Part shown: positions 20,775 through 34,748 of the stretch, piece after piece
How positions within the stretch are numbered: position 1 is the first letter of the stretch
Layout: each line of letters opens with the position of its first letter
NCBI GenBank assembly: GCA_002104945.1
Contig: MCFH01000005.1
Span: 186,001 to 250,000, forward strand
Direction: 5' to 3'
From: Piromyces finnis finn
Taxonomy: Eukaryota; Fungi; Neocallimastigomycota
DNA length: 64,000 bases
Position numbers and translations under genes: made by a program
The notes under the pieces: generated by a model
Databases searched by the model: none
Told to the model about the DNA's origin: nothing
Seen by the model: the letters and a program-made list of their open reading frames with translations, nothing else

Positions 20775-21112
20775 TACATATATGTAGACTAATTTAAGAA
20801 ATAAGAAAACACATAGCGTCCAAACTCATTTAAGTCATTTTCTTAGAGAGAGTGAAACTCAACATTATGAACCAAGGTAAATATAGTATATATATAGCAA
20901 TATAGCAATAATAATAACGAATATAAGTATATCTATATTCTTTAATAACTGATAATTTAATAAAATTAATTATTGATAGAACAAAGGCCACTCAAACTAT
21001 GAGAGAATCATCAACAAAAGTACCAAAAATTACTACGTATATGGCTAATCTAAGAAATGATGGAAACAAAAAGAATAAATTTAAAATCGTTGATTTAACT
21101 TTAGACATATAA
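17727..21112 (+). CDS. CFAP206: Cilia- and flagella-associated protein 206 (multi-exon)
   Basis: VSETLAAFIVRSAVLNP, METVKMQVYFD, FPQIELPSF, QLNGLAQLVCGIRLFN, IGVQTDTH, PNYEWNEWELRRKAIML; stop TAA at 21110-21112. Confidence 0.9.
20687..20772 (+). repeat. Compound (CTA)n(TAA)n microsatellite in a CFAP206 intron
   Basis: Read directly from the sequence. Confidence 0.9.
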
Positions 21113-21267
21113 TCAATTATAATTATAATACCATGTTATTTTATCTATTTTAGCTTTAAAAAAAAAAAAAAAAAAGCTTTTAATTTACTCTTTTATTTAT
21201 TAAATAATTTATATATTATATATATATCAACAATTTGTTATTATTAATTGATTTCTATTTGTAGATA

Positions 21268-22222
21268 TTAATTTAAACTTTTAGAAACTTTCCTTATTGA
21301 ATTCAATATTATATTTAAATATTGTTTCTCCATATCCGAAAAAGATGGATCTATTTAAAAAATAAAATATTATTTTTATTTAAATATAATAATATATTTA
21401 TTAGATTTACAATTTATAAACTTTAAATATATATTATATTTTTGTTGTTTATTTTAGTATACCTTTAGTTAAAGCGACTAATTTAGCTGTATTTAATAAT
21501 AAAAGATTTCCTACATTAATATTGACCTTAGATAATTCTGATAATACTATAATAAATTTATTTTATATATGATAAATAAATCATAATAAAACAAAAAAAT
21601 AAAATAAAAATAAATTACTAATTAAACTTTACTTGAGAAAGATAAATTCCATAAACTTCTCGTAGTGTCATCGGTTATATTTTTAGAGTTAATTATAAAA
21701 TCAATTGAATCTTCTATTATCATTTTTTCGTCTTCATTGGTGCATTCAGAATCAATTAATCTTATAATAGAGAGTTCAATTACTATTAAATAGGAATAAA
21801 AAGTAATATTTGATTCTTAAAAAAAAAAAAAAAAAAAAAGGAAAATTATTATATTAAATATGAATTATTATTTTTCATAAAATATGTCAAATTTTAATTT
21901 AAATGTTACCTTTAGTATAACTATATTTATGATAACAATTTATTATTTTTTTCCATTGCATTTTATTAGTTTTTATAGAATCAGGTTTTAACATTACAAT
22001 ATTAATTAATGTAATTAATATGTTTAATACAGTATTTTCATTAAGTATAATGAAATTATCTTCCAAAAACATGAATAATGTTTTAATTCCTCCTTTGTTA
22101 ACAAATATTTCTTGGTAATCTTCATTTGATGTTATTTCTGAAAATACTAGTGATATATTATTTATTGGAATAAAGTCTATAGATTTTGGTCTAACAAAAT
22201 GTTTGTATAAAATATTAATAAT

Positions 22223-22259
<37 letters not shown>

Positions 22260-24224
22260 TAAATTTGTTATTTATATAACCACTTATTAGTATATTAAAA
22301 GATATTGAATATATAAAATTTACCTTATTTTTACAATTTCTATTAATGCAGGTATAATATACTTTATTTCTTTTTCATACATTTCAATATTCTCAGAAAG
22401 CCAGCTTGATAATATTCTAGTACTTAATAATACAATCATATTATCAATTTTTTCTATTTCTTGTAATTCTTTATACATTTCCTATTTTAAATTTAATATA
22501 TCATATTATTATATCATCTATAGATTTTAAACAAGTTAACGTAATATTAAAATATATTGAAATATTAAATACTTACAACTTTTTCTGTTATAAATTCTAT
22601 TAATGCTAACATTGTTTCACTCATTGCCTCACGGAAAGACAGAATCCATTTAGAATTAATATTATTTTTTTTTAAAATATTATAAACAATATCATTTTTT
22701 GTTGTATTTTCTTTAATATCATATTCACTATATTGTACTAATATTTTAATCATAAACTCTATTATTTCGAAACAAATTGGTAGTATTTCTTGAATTCTTT
22801 TTTGATCATTTTTCATTTTAGATTTCTCTTTTTCATTTTTGAATTCCATTTTTTTTATATCGTCTTCATCTTTATAATCGTCTAGCAACACACGTGTTTC
22901 GGTACATGCCAAATGCATAACTAATGTTAGAAATTGAATATTTTCCATTAATTTGATTTTTTTATCACCATTTTCTATATAATCTTCTGTATAATCATAA
23001 TTTTCTTCTTTTGAAAAAAAAAACTCTATTCCTTTCATTCTAATTAAACTTGAAATTAATATCATGCAATTATCATTTTCAATAATACCTTTTTTAATTA
23101 AATATAATTAATGTTTTGTTAATAGAATATATTTATTTACAATAATTTTAATTATTATTATTATATACCTAATTTATTTGCTAATAAGATTTTTAAGCCT
23201 TTTTTTATATTTATAAAACATGAATTATCTTCCAATTTTTTATCGATTAAATTTGAATTTGTGAAAAGTATTACAAATAATTCAAGAATCTTAAATTTAA
23301 CTTCTGAATTTATAATAACAAAATATCTACTTAATTCATTTAAAATACTTATAACACTATTACAGTAATTGGATTGACATATAAATGTTAAAATTTTGAT
23401 TCCTTTTTTTATAATTTCATCTTTTATATAATTATATAATTATTAATAATAAAGTTTATTAAATATTTATTTTATTTTTATTTAATATTTTTCAATTACC
23501 TTTATTTGAATTTATAATTAATTGATTAATTATTTCAATATTTTTGAAATCACATATTTCTTTTAATGTCTTTTCATTTTGAGTAAAAAATATAAAAATT
23601 TCCAATACTTCATTTAATACTTCTTCATCTTCTTTCCTATAAATTTAGAGTTTTTGAAAATTTAAATATCGATAAATAAAATTTAAAAAAATTATTTTTT
23701 TATGAAAAGTCAATATAATTACTCGTTTATTAAAGTTATCATATATGGTATTGTTTTTATTATTTTTTTATCATTTATAAATTCAGGATAATAACAAAAA
23801 GAAGATATTATATTTAATGATATCATTTTATATAAAGATTTCGAATCAAAATCATTGTCAGGATACTCTATAAATTTCAAAAAGAATAAATTTAAATAAT
23901 AATAATAATTGATAATTAATATTTTGTTAATAATATACTGTATATTAGCTAAAGAATTAATCAATGCATATAATATTTTATAATAAAATGAAAATAGATG
24001 TATATTATACCAGAAATTAACAATCTTTGTAAAAAAACGAAATCAATTTTCTTAAATACTATTGTCATTAATTCTTCATCATTAGGATCTAATAATTTGG
24101 GCAAAATCAATAATGCTACAAATTTTTCTTCATCTTTTGTATCTCTTTGCAATAAAAGCATACATTTATTTATTTGTTCCTTTTTATTTTCATAATTTAT
24201 ATTTTTTGAGTTACTTAAATCCAT
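21268..24224 (-). CDS. Neurochondrin-like armadillo-type protein (multi-exon)
   Basis: N-terminal CMLLLQRDTKDEEKFVALLILPKLL...VFKKIDFVFLQRLL resembles the neurochondrin family start. Helical exons continue to DPSFSDMEKQYLNIILNSIRKVSKSLN*. Confidence 0.72.
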
Positions 24225-24416
24225 CTTTATTTTTTTTTTTTTTTTTTTTTTAGATTTAGTTAATAATTTAAATATTATTTTTATTAAATTTAAAAATATT
24301 AATAAAATTTTAATATTATGATTGGTAATAAAAAGAAATTGTAAAATTATAAAAATAATTTATTAAATAAAAATTAAATAAACTTTGGTGATAATTTAAT
24401 TTTTTAATTAATAATA

Positions 24417-27400
24417 ATGGATGATATATTCAAAAAAAAAGATTTTAAAATGAATGAATTTTTGTTAAATTCATTCAATACTACAGCAGAAATGAAATTA
24501 AATGAAGGTAATTTATTCTTTATAATTATTTATTAATTCAAATAAATAATTATATAGTCATATAATTAAGAATTTCATTAATGTTCATTTTATATTAAAA
24601 TATATATATATATTTTTTTAAATTAGTAATTTTAAAAAAAATCAATATATTTTTCTATATTATATTTTATTATTGTTTTCTCGTTTTAAAAAGTAATTAA
24701 TAAATATAAATAATTAATATATCGCAATCTAAATATCATTTTTAAATATTTTTAATTTTAAAAAATCAATAAGAATCTTCTACAATTAATAATGATGAAG
24801 ATATAATTAGACCAAATTTTCATACAAAATCAAAATCTAGAAATTTATCATTTAATTCTGTAACAAATTTTATGAGTAATTTTCCTTTAGATATAAGTAA
24901 TAACAATAAGATTGAAAAAGACAATAAATATATATGTGATAATCAAATTGATATATCGTCTGGATTTTTAAATAAAATTTCTGTGGAGCTTGAAGGAAAT
25001 GTTAATTCAAAAAGTGATGCTGAAGATTCTAAAAAAGAATTAAAAAATAATTTAAAGGTAGAAATTATATATATACTAATAATTAAAAAAAAGTAATAGT
25101 AAAAAGTATTAATATTAATATTAATTTAAACCAGAAAAAAAGGAAAAGAAAAGAAAATATTAAAGGTAATAAATTATTTAACATATTGTATATTATATAT
25201 GTATATAACAATTTTAGTAAAGAAATGAAACTAAAAAAAAAAAAAAGATAATATAGATATGACATTATTTAAGAAAAAGAATGTTAAAAAGAATAATTCA
25301 TTTGGAGACAACGTTAGTAAAAATTATAAAACTTTAAAATTGAAGAAAAAAAATAAAGATATTTCAGGACCAAGATACATGAAATTTAGAAAGTAATATA
25401 ATATATTTAATTAAATATATTAAATATAAATTATTTCAAATATGATTATTATTATTCATTTTTCTAATTTATTTATTACATATATTATATCGAAATTAAT
25501 ATAATATTTTGTAAATCGTATTATAGCCATACGAATGTTTCTTATTCCTATAGTTCAGCAATAATATCAAACCATTACATTTTAAATAATGAAAACCCAT
25601 ATATCCAAGATTTATCATATATAATGAATCCTACAAACATTTATGATTTTGACATTAATAATAAATATAATACTGACTCGAAGGATTCAAATATTAATTT
25701 AAACGCTGAATTCATTGAAAATGAAAAAAAAAATAAATTAGACTGTAATGATTAGTACGGTTAATATAACTAATATTAATAATATGGTTGTATCATTCAT
25801 AATAGTTATGTGATAATTATTAATTTTTATAATTTTTTTACTTCATTTTAGTATATTTCAACTAAATTTAAGCTTAATAGATAAAAAAATAGTAAACGAA
25901 CCCATTACAATTAATTTAAAGAAAGCATTAAGTTCTATGTGCGATTTTACTGAATTTAAAAAAGGTTAAATATTTGAGAAAATATTTAAAAAAAAAATGA
26001 AAAGAAAGAAAAGACCTCATTAACATTAATATTTTATTGATTTTTATTAATTTTTATTTTTATATAGGCCAATTAGAAGCAATTAAGAATGTATTAAATT
26101 TTAAATCTTCGCTAGTAGTATTACAAACTGGAGGAGGAAAATCATTATGTTATCAACTTCCATCATACATATATAAAACTTTAAATGTACCAAACTTAAC
26201 ATTAGTAATATCGCCTACTATTTCACTTATGCAAGATCAGTTATTTTGTCTTCCAAAAGCATTAAAAGGAGCCTTATTTGTAAATTCATTGACAGAATTG
26301 GAAGTAAATAATTATTTTTACCTATTTTTTTTATTTTTTTTTTCTTTTTTTTAAGTAATAGGAAAATATATATTATAAATATATATATATATAAATAATA
26401 AAATTACAATTTTTTATACATATATATAAGCAAAAACATACTATTCAACAGCTTATAGATAGAGAAATAGATATTTTATTTATTACACCAGAGCGTCTTC
26501 ATTCAAAAAACTTTCAGGAGTTATTAAGAAGTTTTCCACCTATTAATTTTTCATGCATTGATGAAGTTCATTGTTTATCTGAATGGTCTCATAATTTTAG
26601 GTACTTCTTGCATTTATATACAGGAATTTTTAATTATAAATAATTATGTTATTAATATTTTTTTTTATTCATTTACTAAATTTTATTAATATCTAAGGCC
26701 ATCGTACCTTTACTTAAATCAAATATTAAGGAAAAGTTTAAATATTAAGTGTATTATTGGATTGACCGGTTCACTGACTCTGGAAACCCAAAGTAATATA
26801 ATAAAAATGCTAAATATTCATGAAGAAAATGTTATATCCGGAAACCTGATTAGAAATAATATAAGATTAACAATTTCAGAAGACTCAAATAAGTAATTTT
26901 TTTATTATTATGATATATATATATATATAAGATGAAATAAATAATATTTTTAATAGATTAGTTTAATTTTGCTTTAATTTATAACTAAAATATAGGGAAA
27001 ATACCATAATCTTATTATTAAGAACACCATGTTTCCATAAATTGAATTCTATTATTGTTTATTGTATGAGACAGGTAAATGATTTAAAATAAAAAAAAAA
27101 AAAATATTACAAAGAAATTTTTTTTTTTTTTTTTTTTTGAGAGGATAGTTTAAAATATAATGTATAGATTATATAACTTTATATTTAATATATGTTTTTT
27201 AAAATAAAGAATCAATGTGATTCATTGGCATCCCATTTAAGAGCATATGGTTTTCAAGCTGAAAGTTATCATGCCGGAAAGAGTAAAATTGATAGAGAAA
27301 TTATTCAAAGTAGATTCATGAATAATAATTTAAGAATAATTGTAGCAACAATAGCATTTGGATTAGGTATAAACAAGCCTGATGTAAGGGGCGTAATTCA

Positions 27401-28755
27401 TTTCAATATGCCAAAGAGTATAGAAGATTATACACAAGTTAGAAATTCTAATATATATTAATTTTTTTTTTCTTTTTTTAAAATAATAAAATACTGATAA
27501 GAAAAGTTTTTTTTAAAAAAACAATTGGATAATAGGAAATAGGGAGATCTGGAAGAGATAGTAATATAGCTTATTGCCATTTGTTTTTATCTTCAAATGA
27601 TTACATAAAGATGAGAAGTTTAGCTTATTGTGACGGTGTTGATTCATCTTCCATAAACACAATGTTAAATAAAATAATATTAGAAGATTATAATATTACA
27701 GTTCATGATACAAAAAGAATATTTCTTTCAGTTGATACATCAGAAATTGATTTTGATATGAAAAAAGAAACAATTAGTACTATCTTAAATTACTTAGATT
27801 TAGAAGATAAGTCAATAAATACATATTTACGTATGTAAAGTTGTATTTTGTTTTCATAATATAATAATAATAATAATAATAATATATTTAAATTCATTTA
27901 TGCAATAATAATAAATTTAATAGCAATCAATTCAAAGATAATAATTAAGACTTACAAATTAAATATAAATGAGATAGAAGAAAAAGAAGGTTACAATGAA
28001 GTACTGAATTATATAATTAATAAATCCGAAAAATCAAGATCATCTTATGTAATCAGTGTTGAAAAAGTAAAATTAAAATATATATACATTTATTATTATA
28101 ATATGTATATAAATGTATTAATAATATAATTTTAATTTTTAAATTAATGAGATTTGTAATACTTTAGATTGTTCCCCTTTCTATATATTTAATGAATTAA
28201 ACAGATTGAAAAAAACTTATAAATTTGATATAAATTATTCAAATACATCATTTTATTTAGAAATAGATAAAATTATATTAAAAAAAAATCTAAAATCCTT
28301 AAATATAAACGAAAATGAATGGATTAATATATTATCGAATAAATTATTAAAGCATTTAAATAAAATTGAAAAATCGAAAGTAAAAAAAGTTGATGAGGTT
28401 GACTATTATTTTCATTATATATAAATTTAAAATTCTACTATGACATTAAATAATTGATAATTTAATTTCAAAAAACTAGTTATATAGATTATTAAAAAAA
28501 TCAGCTACTAAATCAATATCCGAGAATTGTATTTATTGGGAAAATATAATAAATCAAAGTAAAGATGAATATAAAATAAGCAATGAAAATGATAGAGAAA
28601 AAATAAAATTAAATATTGAACTAGAAAATAAATTAAGAAATAATATAAAAGATTATTATTCAAATAAATATTTTGATGAGAATGAAGAAAATGATAAATG
28701 GGGATTTTGTGATGAAGAGCTAATAAATAATTCAAAAAAATGGTAAAATATTAAT

Positions 28756-28814
<59 letters not shown>

Positions 28815-29128
28815 TGGGATAGTCATCTTGCAATGGATATAGATGTAAAAACTTTCATTTTTGATAATATTAGTGAAATAAAAACAGGAAGATCTGTAGC
28901 AAGGATTTTCCATGGTATACCTAGTCCACAATATCCGGCTTCTAAATGGTAGTAGTTATATCAAATATAAATGATATATCTTGTTCATTATTGTAATAAA
29001 ATATTTTTCTAATTTAAATTAGGTACAAAAATAAACTATGGGGGAAATATATAAATATTAACTTTGAGGAGATTGAAAGAATAGCAAAAATTACACTTCA
29101 ATCTTTTAAGAATAAAAAAATAGTATAA
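24417..29128 (+). CDS. RECQL4: RecQ helicase, RECQL4-type (multi-exon)
   Basis: [82 protein letters not shown]; C-terminal [17 protein letters not shown]...WGKY is typical of RECQL4. Confidence 0.88.
28778..28813 (+). repeat. (TAA)n microsatellite in a RECQL4 intron
   Basis: Read directly from the sequence. Confidence 0.85.
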
Positions 29129-29558
29129 TAATGAAAAAACAAAAAAATTGTAATTTATAAAATTAAAATATACAAAATAATTCCATAATATATTTTTATT
29201 ATTTATAATAATAGTAGTAATACAATAAAATATCATATTTTTCTTTATTATTATTATTTGTTTATTTATTTATTCATTCATTTATTTATTTATTTATTCA
29301 TTTGTTCAATTATTTATTTATATCTTAATTAATTATAATTAAGGATATTTATTATTAATATTATTATTATTATCTAATTCATATTTTGTTTATTATTTCC
29401 TTGCTTCCTTTTTTCAACTAAACCTTTAACTATATATTCATACTTAATAAAATTTAATATATCTGTTATTATTATGTTTATTACTCATAATGCACATATA
29501 CATTTTTTATCAAATTATTATTATAATATAATTGTATATTGTATATTAATGTAATCTT

Positions 29559-30844
29559 TCAGTGTTTTTTTGATTTTATTTTCTTTTTATCAGGTCCTAT
29601 TAATTTACCAACCAACCAATCCATTATTAATCCAGAACTTAATATAATTCCCCATCCAAAAATCTCGGATAATAAAACTACGTCTATTCCTTTATATAAT
29701 GAAAAAAAGCCTTCGTCCCTATATTTATTTATTATAAATGTTATAAAAAAAGATATATAAATTAATTATTAATATTTATAATAATTTTCTATAAAAATAA
29801 TTTCTTTTACTTTATTATTCTCCATAGACACTCCCATCCATGATGATATCGTATATGTTTATTACCAGCTTGCATCATCAATCTTAATTTTACAGTTTCT
29901 AATGGGTAAATAAATATATACGCAGTTCTAGTTACAATTTGACCAATAAACCATTGTTTCCACAAAGGTGGTCTTGAAATATTTTTTCCAAATAAATAAT
30001 TCATCGATTGTTTATATGCTGCTTTTGCAGAATAGTTATAAAGGACATATGCTATATATGATTCTATCCATCCTTGATACATGCACAATAAGCCACCTTG
30101 AGAATAAATATGATTTAAACAATCTTTAATTGAATGATAAGTTCTCATTTTACCAACACCAACATCAGCTGCTAATCTAACACGAACTAAATTTAACGGA
30201 TAACCTAAAACCATTGTAACAGCTACACTTAAATTTGATTTACTATTTAACCATTTCAATGATTTAATTAATGGAGATACAATATATAACTTTATATTTG
30301 AATTATTTTTATATTCCTCCTTATATTTTTGGATTTCTTTCTCATTAAAACCTTTTTTTTTTAATCTTTGATTTAATAGAGGCTTTGTTTCATAACATTC
30401 TACAATATAATTAGCTACATGAGATGGTATAAATCTTATTAAACCTGCCGTTGCACCTCTCCAAAGAGAATCAATGCCTTGTTCCTTAGTTATAGTATTA
30501 AATGCTGAAACTATATGTGAATATGAAGGTCTATTGTTGATTTCTGGTATAATTGGTTGAACTTGTTGTAAAATTTGCAAACGCTCAACCGGGGCATAAG
30601 CAAATTTTATTAATGTATCAAGTGCTAAGCCAAAGCCAAATACTAATGGTTGAGTTTCTTTGGATTTTTTATTATTATTATTATTTGATATTAATGAAAA
30701 TTTTTTATTTTGAAAATCATTATTAATGTTACTATTATTAGTATATGAATTACTAAAAGAATTTGAAGTATTATGTTTACTTTCAATATTGATAAGACTG
30801 TCTATATCATTTGTATTATCTTTAAAATTATAACTCTCTGACAT
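29559..30844 (-). CDS. Mitochondrial carrier family protein, divergent ADP/ATP-carrier-like (2 exons)
   Basis: KFAYAPVERLQILQQVQ, LWRGATAGLIRFIP, YPLNLVRVRLAADVG, YPLETVKLRLMMQAG. An intron after WRIIK joins to DEGFFSLYKG...KKH* (stop at 29559-29561). Confidence 0.85.
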
Positions 30845-31381
30845 TTTATTTTATATTAAATATTAAAAAATTTTAGATGTATTTATTTAATTGAAAAATA
30901 TAAATAATTCTTCTTTATAATAATAAAAAATAAAATAATAGTTTACTTATTATTTATAATTTAAACTAATTTTTTATTATTATAAATGTAAAAATAAATA
31001 TGATTGCTTATTTCTTATTTGAAATATAAATATTGTTAAGGAAAATAATTTAATTTTATATAATGTTTAATAATGTTTAAAATTTATATATAAAAACTTT
31101 AATTTAATCTTATTTATATATTATTATATTATTATTGTTTTTGTTGTTTATTTATTATATATATATGTTATGTATGTAATTATTTATTATTTTTACTGTT
31201 GTTATTATTATTATTATTATTGTTGTTATTATTATATTGTTTGATATAAATTATATAGACGAAAGGGGGAAAATATACATTGAAAAATAAAAACTTCAAT
31301 ATTTGATTATTAAATATTATTATAATTGCTCTTTTAATTATATAGATGAAAATATTTAGATTTAGATTATAATTCGAGATT

Positions 31382-31417
<36 letters not shown>

Positions 31418-31594
31418 ATAAAAACAAAAAATATACATATAATAATAATTTAATTAAATTTTTTATTTATAATATATTAAATAATATTATTTTTTATATA
31501 TCATATATAAGTATATAAATAATAATTCAATAATATATTAAATATTAAATATTAAATTAATAGATAAAAAAATAAAAAATATTCATCACTAAAT

Positions 31595-34139
31595 TTAATA
31601 CAGTATAGTTGAATTGCAAAGTTCATTATTTAAAGAAATAAACCTAAGAATAGATTTAACATTTGGATTATGTATATGAATACCTTCTTTAATTTTGAAA
31701 TATGAATAACAATTAATATTACAAAATAATTGATAACACTTTTCTAATTTGCCTTTTAAATTTATTTTACTAATAAAGTTTTTTAGACAATAATCAATTA
31801 TTATCAATTGTCCTTTATCAATAGCTACGTTTAATATAGAGTCACTAATGTCTTTAATATTAACATTAAATTTTAATGACAGAAGTTTAAGGATATTTAA
31901 ATACCCATTTTTTGTGGCCCCCAATATTGCTTTATTATTTTGAGAAAAAATATTTATTTTATTATAATTCTTCTTGTCTATCGTTAATAAAAATTCTACT
32001 ATATCATAATTTCCATTCTCTGCAGCGCATATAAATGCATTATCTATATTATCAATTGAATTATAATCATTTAAATGAAATAAAAATTTCACTACATCTA
32101 AGCAATTATTTTGACATGCATAAATCAAAGCTAAATTATTTCTTGCTATTGGGTTTACACATTTATTTTCTGATAATAATTTTACAATTTCTATATGGTC
32201 ATACTTGCAAGCTAAAATAAAAGCCATATTATCTTGATCATTAACTTTAACAGATTCTTGATTAATCAAAAATTTTACTAAATTATAATGACCATATTGA
32301 CACGCAAAAATAAAGGACATATTGTTATTATCATTAATTTTAACGTTTTTGCATGATAATAAAAGTTTAACAATATCTATATGACCTTCTTTCGATGCAT
32401 TATATAAAGCTTTACTATTACAAGCTGATGGATCAACATCTTTAAGTGTTAATAAATATTTAACTATATGATAATGACCATATTCTGAAGAAGTTATTAT
32501 TGGTTGATTATTATGTAATGAAGGAATTAAAGCCCTTTCCTCAATTAAATACTTTACATATTTTAATTGACCATATTTACAAGCATAAATTAATATTTCT
32601 CCATCCATATAATCAGGATCAGCTTTTCCGGATTTTAAAAGAATATTAACAATATCAAAATAGCCACCATACGATGCATTAATCATTGCTTCATTATATC
32701 CGTTTTCTGGATTTAGAGATAATATATATTTAAATGATTCTATCCCTCCATTTTTTGTTGTTTTAATTAATGCATTATCTAATTGTAAATTAATTATATT
32801 ATTATTTAGCTTTTCAATTATCCATTGTAATATATCTAAATGATTATTCATCGCTGCTAGTAAAAAAAGATTATTTAAAATTGAAATATTTGAGTACTGT
32901 AATTTAAAAATATAATCTAAAATTTCCAATTGACCATAATATGTAGCCCAAATCATTTGTTTCTCATAATTATTCATATTATTAACGTCTTTATATTTTA
33001 ATAAAATTTTATATGTTTCTAAATCATGTGATGCTGCTGAACATAAAATTGTATTGAAATCCATATTTTTATTTATACATTGGAAATTTAATAAATATTT
33101 TACTACTAAAAAATGCTTATTTATTGCAGCTGATATGCAGGCCTGATTATATTGTTGTTGATTTGGTATAACGTTAAGTTCTTCAATTATATATTTAACA
33201 ATATGAAGATGACCATTAGCTGCAGAATAAATAAATGCATCATTTTCTTGAGCAGAAATATCTACGTTTTTAAATTTTAATAAATACTTTAATATTTCTA
33301 AATGGCCATTATATGCCGCATCAATGATAGGTTGATTATTCTGAGCATATGCTTCTACTTCATTATAGGTTAATAAAAATTTTACTAACTCAAGATTCCC
33401 ACTTGCTGCTGCTGAAATTATACACCAATTGTTTTGAGCATGAGGTGTAACATCTGGAAATGAAAGTAAAAACTTTACAATTTCTAAATGACCATTATAT
33501 GACGCCCATAATAATGGTAAGTTATCTTGAATACTTGGTTTAATATTATATTCTTCTGGCAATCTTAATAAATATTTAACGATTTCTAAATGACCATTAA
33601 TAACAGAAACCATAAAAGCTTTACTTTGTTGAACTGTTAAATCAAGAAATGTTCTAATTTTTCAAAATTAATATTAATATTTTAATTTTATTATAATTTA
33701 AGTTTAGTTTTATAATATAGTATCTTACCTATTATTCTTTTTTAATTTTTCATTTATTTCAATTAAATATTTTACAATTTCAATATGACCATATTTGCAT
33801 GCTTCAATAAAAACATTATTATAATTATTATTTAATAATTCAATATCACATTGATTATTAATAATATCTTTAATATCGCTAAGAAATCCATACCGAGCTA
33901 AATGACATACTATTATATTATCATATATATCAGTTTTAACCCATTTATATTTTATTAAAATTGGAATACAATTAGGATTAAGATTTATTAAGTCTAATAC
34001 AAATTCTAATGAATAATTAAAGTTATAATGAGTATTATAATGATTTTTAATATATCCACAATTATTTATTAAATATTGTGAAAAATTAAATAAAGATATT
34101 TTATATAAATGAAATTCTTTATCTTTTTTTAATAATAAG

Positions 34140-34204
<65 letters not shown>

Positions 34205-34432
34205 TGAGAAAAGTGATGTTATAGGAACATAAATTGGAATTACAGATAATTGCTTCTTTTTCAAAATATAATATTCTATAAAATTTTGTATGTGTTTTTC
34301 GTAATAGGAAATATTTTTATAGAAAAACTTATTGGTTTGTCGTAAGCACGCTATATCTGAATTAGATAGATTAATACATACTTTATCAACAATATATAAT
34401 ACCGAAAACACTTTATTACATAAATTTGACAT
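31595..34432 (-). CDS. Ankyrin-repeat protein (about 20 repeats) with F-box-like N-terminus and poly-Asn tract (2 exons)
   Basis: Many A(S/A)xNGHLEIVKYLL-type repeats preceded by DPSAxDN-like linkers. The N-terminus VLYIVDKVCINLSNSDIACLRQTNK is only loosely F-box-like. One intron at about 33655-33729. Confidence 0.85.
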
Positions 34433-34748
34433 TTTAATTATTAAGTATTTCTACAAAACTATGGAAGAAATAAGTAAATCATAAAATACATATTTAAATA
34501 AGTAATTATTTTAATTTCACAAATTTTATATTAAAAATCAATAAATAATTATGCTATAAATTATAATATATATTTATAACAATAATAGTTAATTTATATA
34601 TTATCTTCTCACTTGATATACAAACTATAAATCTATTATTGAAAATTTAAACTTTATATATGTTTACCAACATCTTAAGATTTTATAAATTAATTATATA
34701 TTATCTATTAATTTAAATTTATTATAATCAATTATTTATAAAAAATAA

